NCBI GenBank assembly: GCA_051294375.1
Contig: CM119271.1
Coordinates: 12,335,235-12,399,234 of the forward strand
Direction of reading: 5' to 3'
Length of the DNA stretch: 64,000 nt
From: Paraspadella gotoi
Lineage: Eukaryota > Animalia > Chaetognatha
Below the pieces are notes generated by a model. That model did not search any database, had not been told where the DNA came from, and was given only the letters and a program-made list of their open reading frames with translations. Shown piece after piece: positions 61,100 through 64,000 of the stretch. Both the position numbers and the translations under genes were made by a program. Position 1 is the first letter of the stretch. Every line of letters begins with the position of its first letter.

Positions 61100-63569
61100 C
61101 TGCAAACGGGGGGGGGTGAAAGTTTTTTGTCAATATCTGTCAAACTGTGAGCGCTTCTTACTATTTCCAAGTGTCGAACTATTTTAATTTTTGACATTAA
61201 ATTTTGTACAATGTACAATTTTTTATGATCCGCAAAAAAAAAGGTGGAAAAAATGAGACAAGCTTTTTTTTTTTAAATTCTTTTAAAATAAAAATTGATT
61301 GCATTCGTTGATTTTTTATATGTGCAATTGTTTGATGTACCTAAGTATTTATTGCACTATTATTTATAAATCCGTTTGGTTTAAAATTTCTGTCAGAGTT
61401 GAAGGTGGAAGGAAAAAAGAAAATAAATGTTTAGGGAAAGAATTAAGAGTTCAAGGTTTATCAAAATTATTTATATGATAGATAAGTTTAATAGATAAAA
61501 TTAATGTACATATAAAATGTCGAATAACTCGTATGAGTAGATTAAACATAATTAAAAAGATTAAGTAAAAAAAAAATAACGGATGGACAGACCGACCGAA
61601 AAAGTGACTTCTCGAGTCGGCCTCCACGAGTATGAGCGACGGCGGTTTTTTAAAAAATGCGAAGTTGAAAATGGAAGAAGGAAAAGTCGTAAAAAGATTA
61701 AGAAGGTGAGAGAAGAGAAGAGAAGAGAAGAAAAAATTAAGAAGGTGAGAGAAGAGAAGAAAAGAGACGAAAAGAAAAGAAAGAAGACAGAAAAATAGAG
61801 AAGTGAAGAGAAGATAAAGAGAGAGAGAAGAGAAGAGAGAGAAGAGAGAAGAGAAGAGAACGAGTAAGAGAAGAGAAGGAGGCATATACTTGAAGTACTT
61901 GAAGTATACTTGAAGACCCAATTTCGGTCACTCTATTGTTTTTCCGGCTGCCGGCTATTGTTCTCCTCCGTCCGCGGCTCAGGTCGCGGACCTGTCCCGA
62001 ACTGCCCCGACGGGTCATTTTCTCTCTTCTCTTCTCTTCTCTTCCTCTCGCGGCGGCATCTGATCAGAGTCCGCGATACCCAACGGAGCTGAAAGTCGCG
62101 ATCTGCTCTTTCCTTTAATCCCAAAAGAATAAAAGATATAAACAAGAAAATAATAAACAAATTAATGAAAAAAGAAGGAAGGAGAATAAGGAAAGAAAGA
62201 AAAAACAGAGATATTAAGAAAGAAAGAGAGAAAGAAAGAAAGAAAGAAGGCGGAAAAAATAGAAAAAAAAAGAAAAACGAAAGAAGGAATAAAAATAAGT
62301 GAATTAAATTAAAAAAATAAAGTAAATTAGCACTGCCAAATCACGAATTAAGGAATAAATTAACAACCCTATTCATTTAGATTTTAATTTCTTTTTATTT
62401 ATTAATTTTTTAAATTTTCTATCTTCCATGATTTTTGAATTTTCTGACTTATTCTTTTTTCCCTTATTTTTGTTTATTTTTTTTAATTTTCATTTTCATT
62501 TGTTTTATTGGTATTTAATATTTTTTAACTGAAACTGTTTGCTCGGGCTTTTGTTTCAGCTTTGCTCCACTCTAGTAAAAGGCGACCTCTCAAACAATTT
62601 GGCACAAAGACAGCTTTCCCAGACAAAAGATATAGTTAAAAACTTTGCAAGACTTTTTTTTTTAAAAAAAATTATATTTAGCTAATCCAATTAAAATTAA
62701 AAGGAAATAAATTCAACTAAATGTTTAAGTGATGAAAAAATATTTTGTTTTTATTTGATAGTGTTTTAAATTTAAAACTACTGCCATATCATTATCTTGT
62801 AAGAGTGATGGGGCCTATAAAGCCACCAAAGCCTGTCAAAGTCAGGGGCAAGAATAGCTATTTATTTAAATGAATGGATAATTTTTATATTGGTTGTAAA
62901 AGTATTTATATTAGTAAAAAGGAAATTTTGTGAAGAGAAATCACAGCGCAGCAACAACTCGGACTTGCTGGTTTCTGTTTAATTCGTTAGTTTCTTTAAA
63001 ATTTTAGTCAAAAGCAAACATTTTTACTTATTTTAATTAATAGTTTTTTAATTTTGTGCTCTGTTTTAAATTTTTTTCATAATTGTAAACAAAGTTTACT
63101 TATTATTTTATCATCGCTTATTAACTATTTAATATTAAAAATAAAATCTTGATCGTCGTCAGCCAAAATAAATAATTTGAAAAACGAACGATGTTAAAAA
63201 CAATTCAAACATTGTAATTAAGTTTATCTCTCTCTCTTCAAAATGCCAGTTTTTAGTTCCTTGTATTCCAAAAGTTATTTTATATTATGAGCAGTTTTTG
63301 CCAAAAAATGATACATATTTTAAAAAATTATAAAACTATATAAAATATTGCAACAATTTTCTTTGCTTTGTTTCACTTTCAGGTTGATCCTTTTTACCAG
63401 GTTTTTAAATTTTTTTTTATTATTTAATATAAATATTTCATAGAAAATAAGTAAAAAGAATTTTCCCGTCCGCGACCACGATCTCCGGACGTAGTCCTAT
63501 TGATTCGCGGATTTCCGCGATCAGAGATTATTTCTTCTCGATCCGCGACCTCAAGTCCCGGCGGCAAAG

Positions 63570-63927
63570 ATTGGCGGCCGATGTGGTCGGCCATGGTGGA
63601 CAAAAGGCTCGGTGGCCGGACACCGTGGCTTCCTCGCCCGCGAATCTCGAGTATACCCATGAGAGAAGAGAAGAGAAGAGAAGAGAAGAGAAGAGAAGAG
63701 AAGAGAAGAGAAGAGAGAGAAGAGAAAGAAGAGAGGAGAAGAGAAGGAAGAGAAGAGAAGAGAAGAGAAGAGAAGAGAGAGAAGATAAAAGAGAAAAGAA
63801 AAGAAATGAAAAAAAGGAAGTTTTTTGTGATGCTGAACTCATTCAAATTCTCGCGCGCAAAACCGAACAAAAGAGCAGAAGAGAGAAAATAAGAAAAAAA
63901 TACTATTAACTCTCACCGGCAGCGACA
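63570..63927 (-). CDS. Probable upstream RYK kinase exons (12-nt microexon plus an indel-damaged exon)
   Basis: tag|GTGTCGCTGCCG|gtgag at ~63927-63916. Then FAGEEATVSGH followed by a frame-broken ELVHMA-HIA-like stretch resembling RYK DLVHMAIQIA. Confidence 0.4.
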
Positions 63928-64000
63928 CCTAACGGGAAGAATGAAGTGGGAGAGAGAGAGAGAGAGAGAGAGATGACAAAAAAAAGGTGAGCAATGCGAC

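Overview
AT-rich, microsatellite-rich genomic DNA from an invertebrate animal. It has spliceosomal introns and apparent local indel errors. Recognisable conserved genes: an intronless long-form MRP/ABCC transporter (+), an intronless SLC16/MCT transporter (+), and, on the minus strand, RYK (partial), CEP112, a divergent KLHDC3-like kelch/BC-box gene and DCAF5. Manual exon tracing found three genes the ORF track fragments. These are a ~30-exon Cys/Pro-rich gene (~4.2-39.9 kb, +), a two-TM PPxY-rich gene (40.4-46.6 kb, -) and a small secreted 14-Cys precursor (7.8-9.4 kb, -). The main structural result is gene nesting. ABCC lies on the same strand inside a ~10 kb intron of the Cys/Pro gene, SLC16 lies antisense inside an intron of the PPxY gene, and the secreted precursor probably lies antisense in another intron of the Cys/Pro gene. 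Also present: two non-autonomous DNA transposons with 8-bp TSDs that each carry a hammerhead ribozyme core, a TA-flanked MITE, a tRNA-derived SINE pair, a structured repeat, DINE/HINE-like elements, and many introns that begin with decaying tandem copies of their own exon/donor junction. All gene models are manual and have no transcript support.
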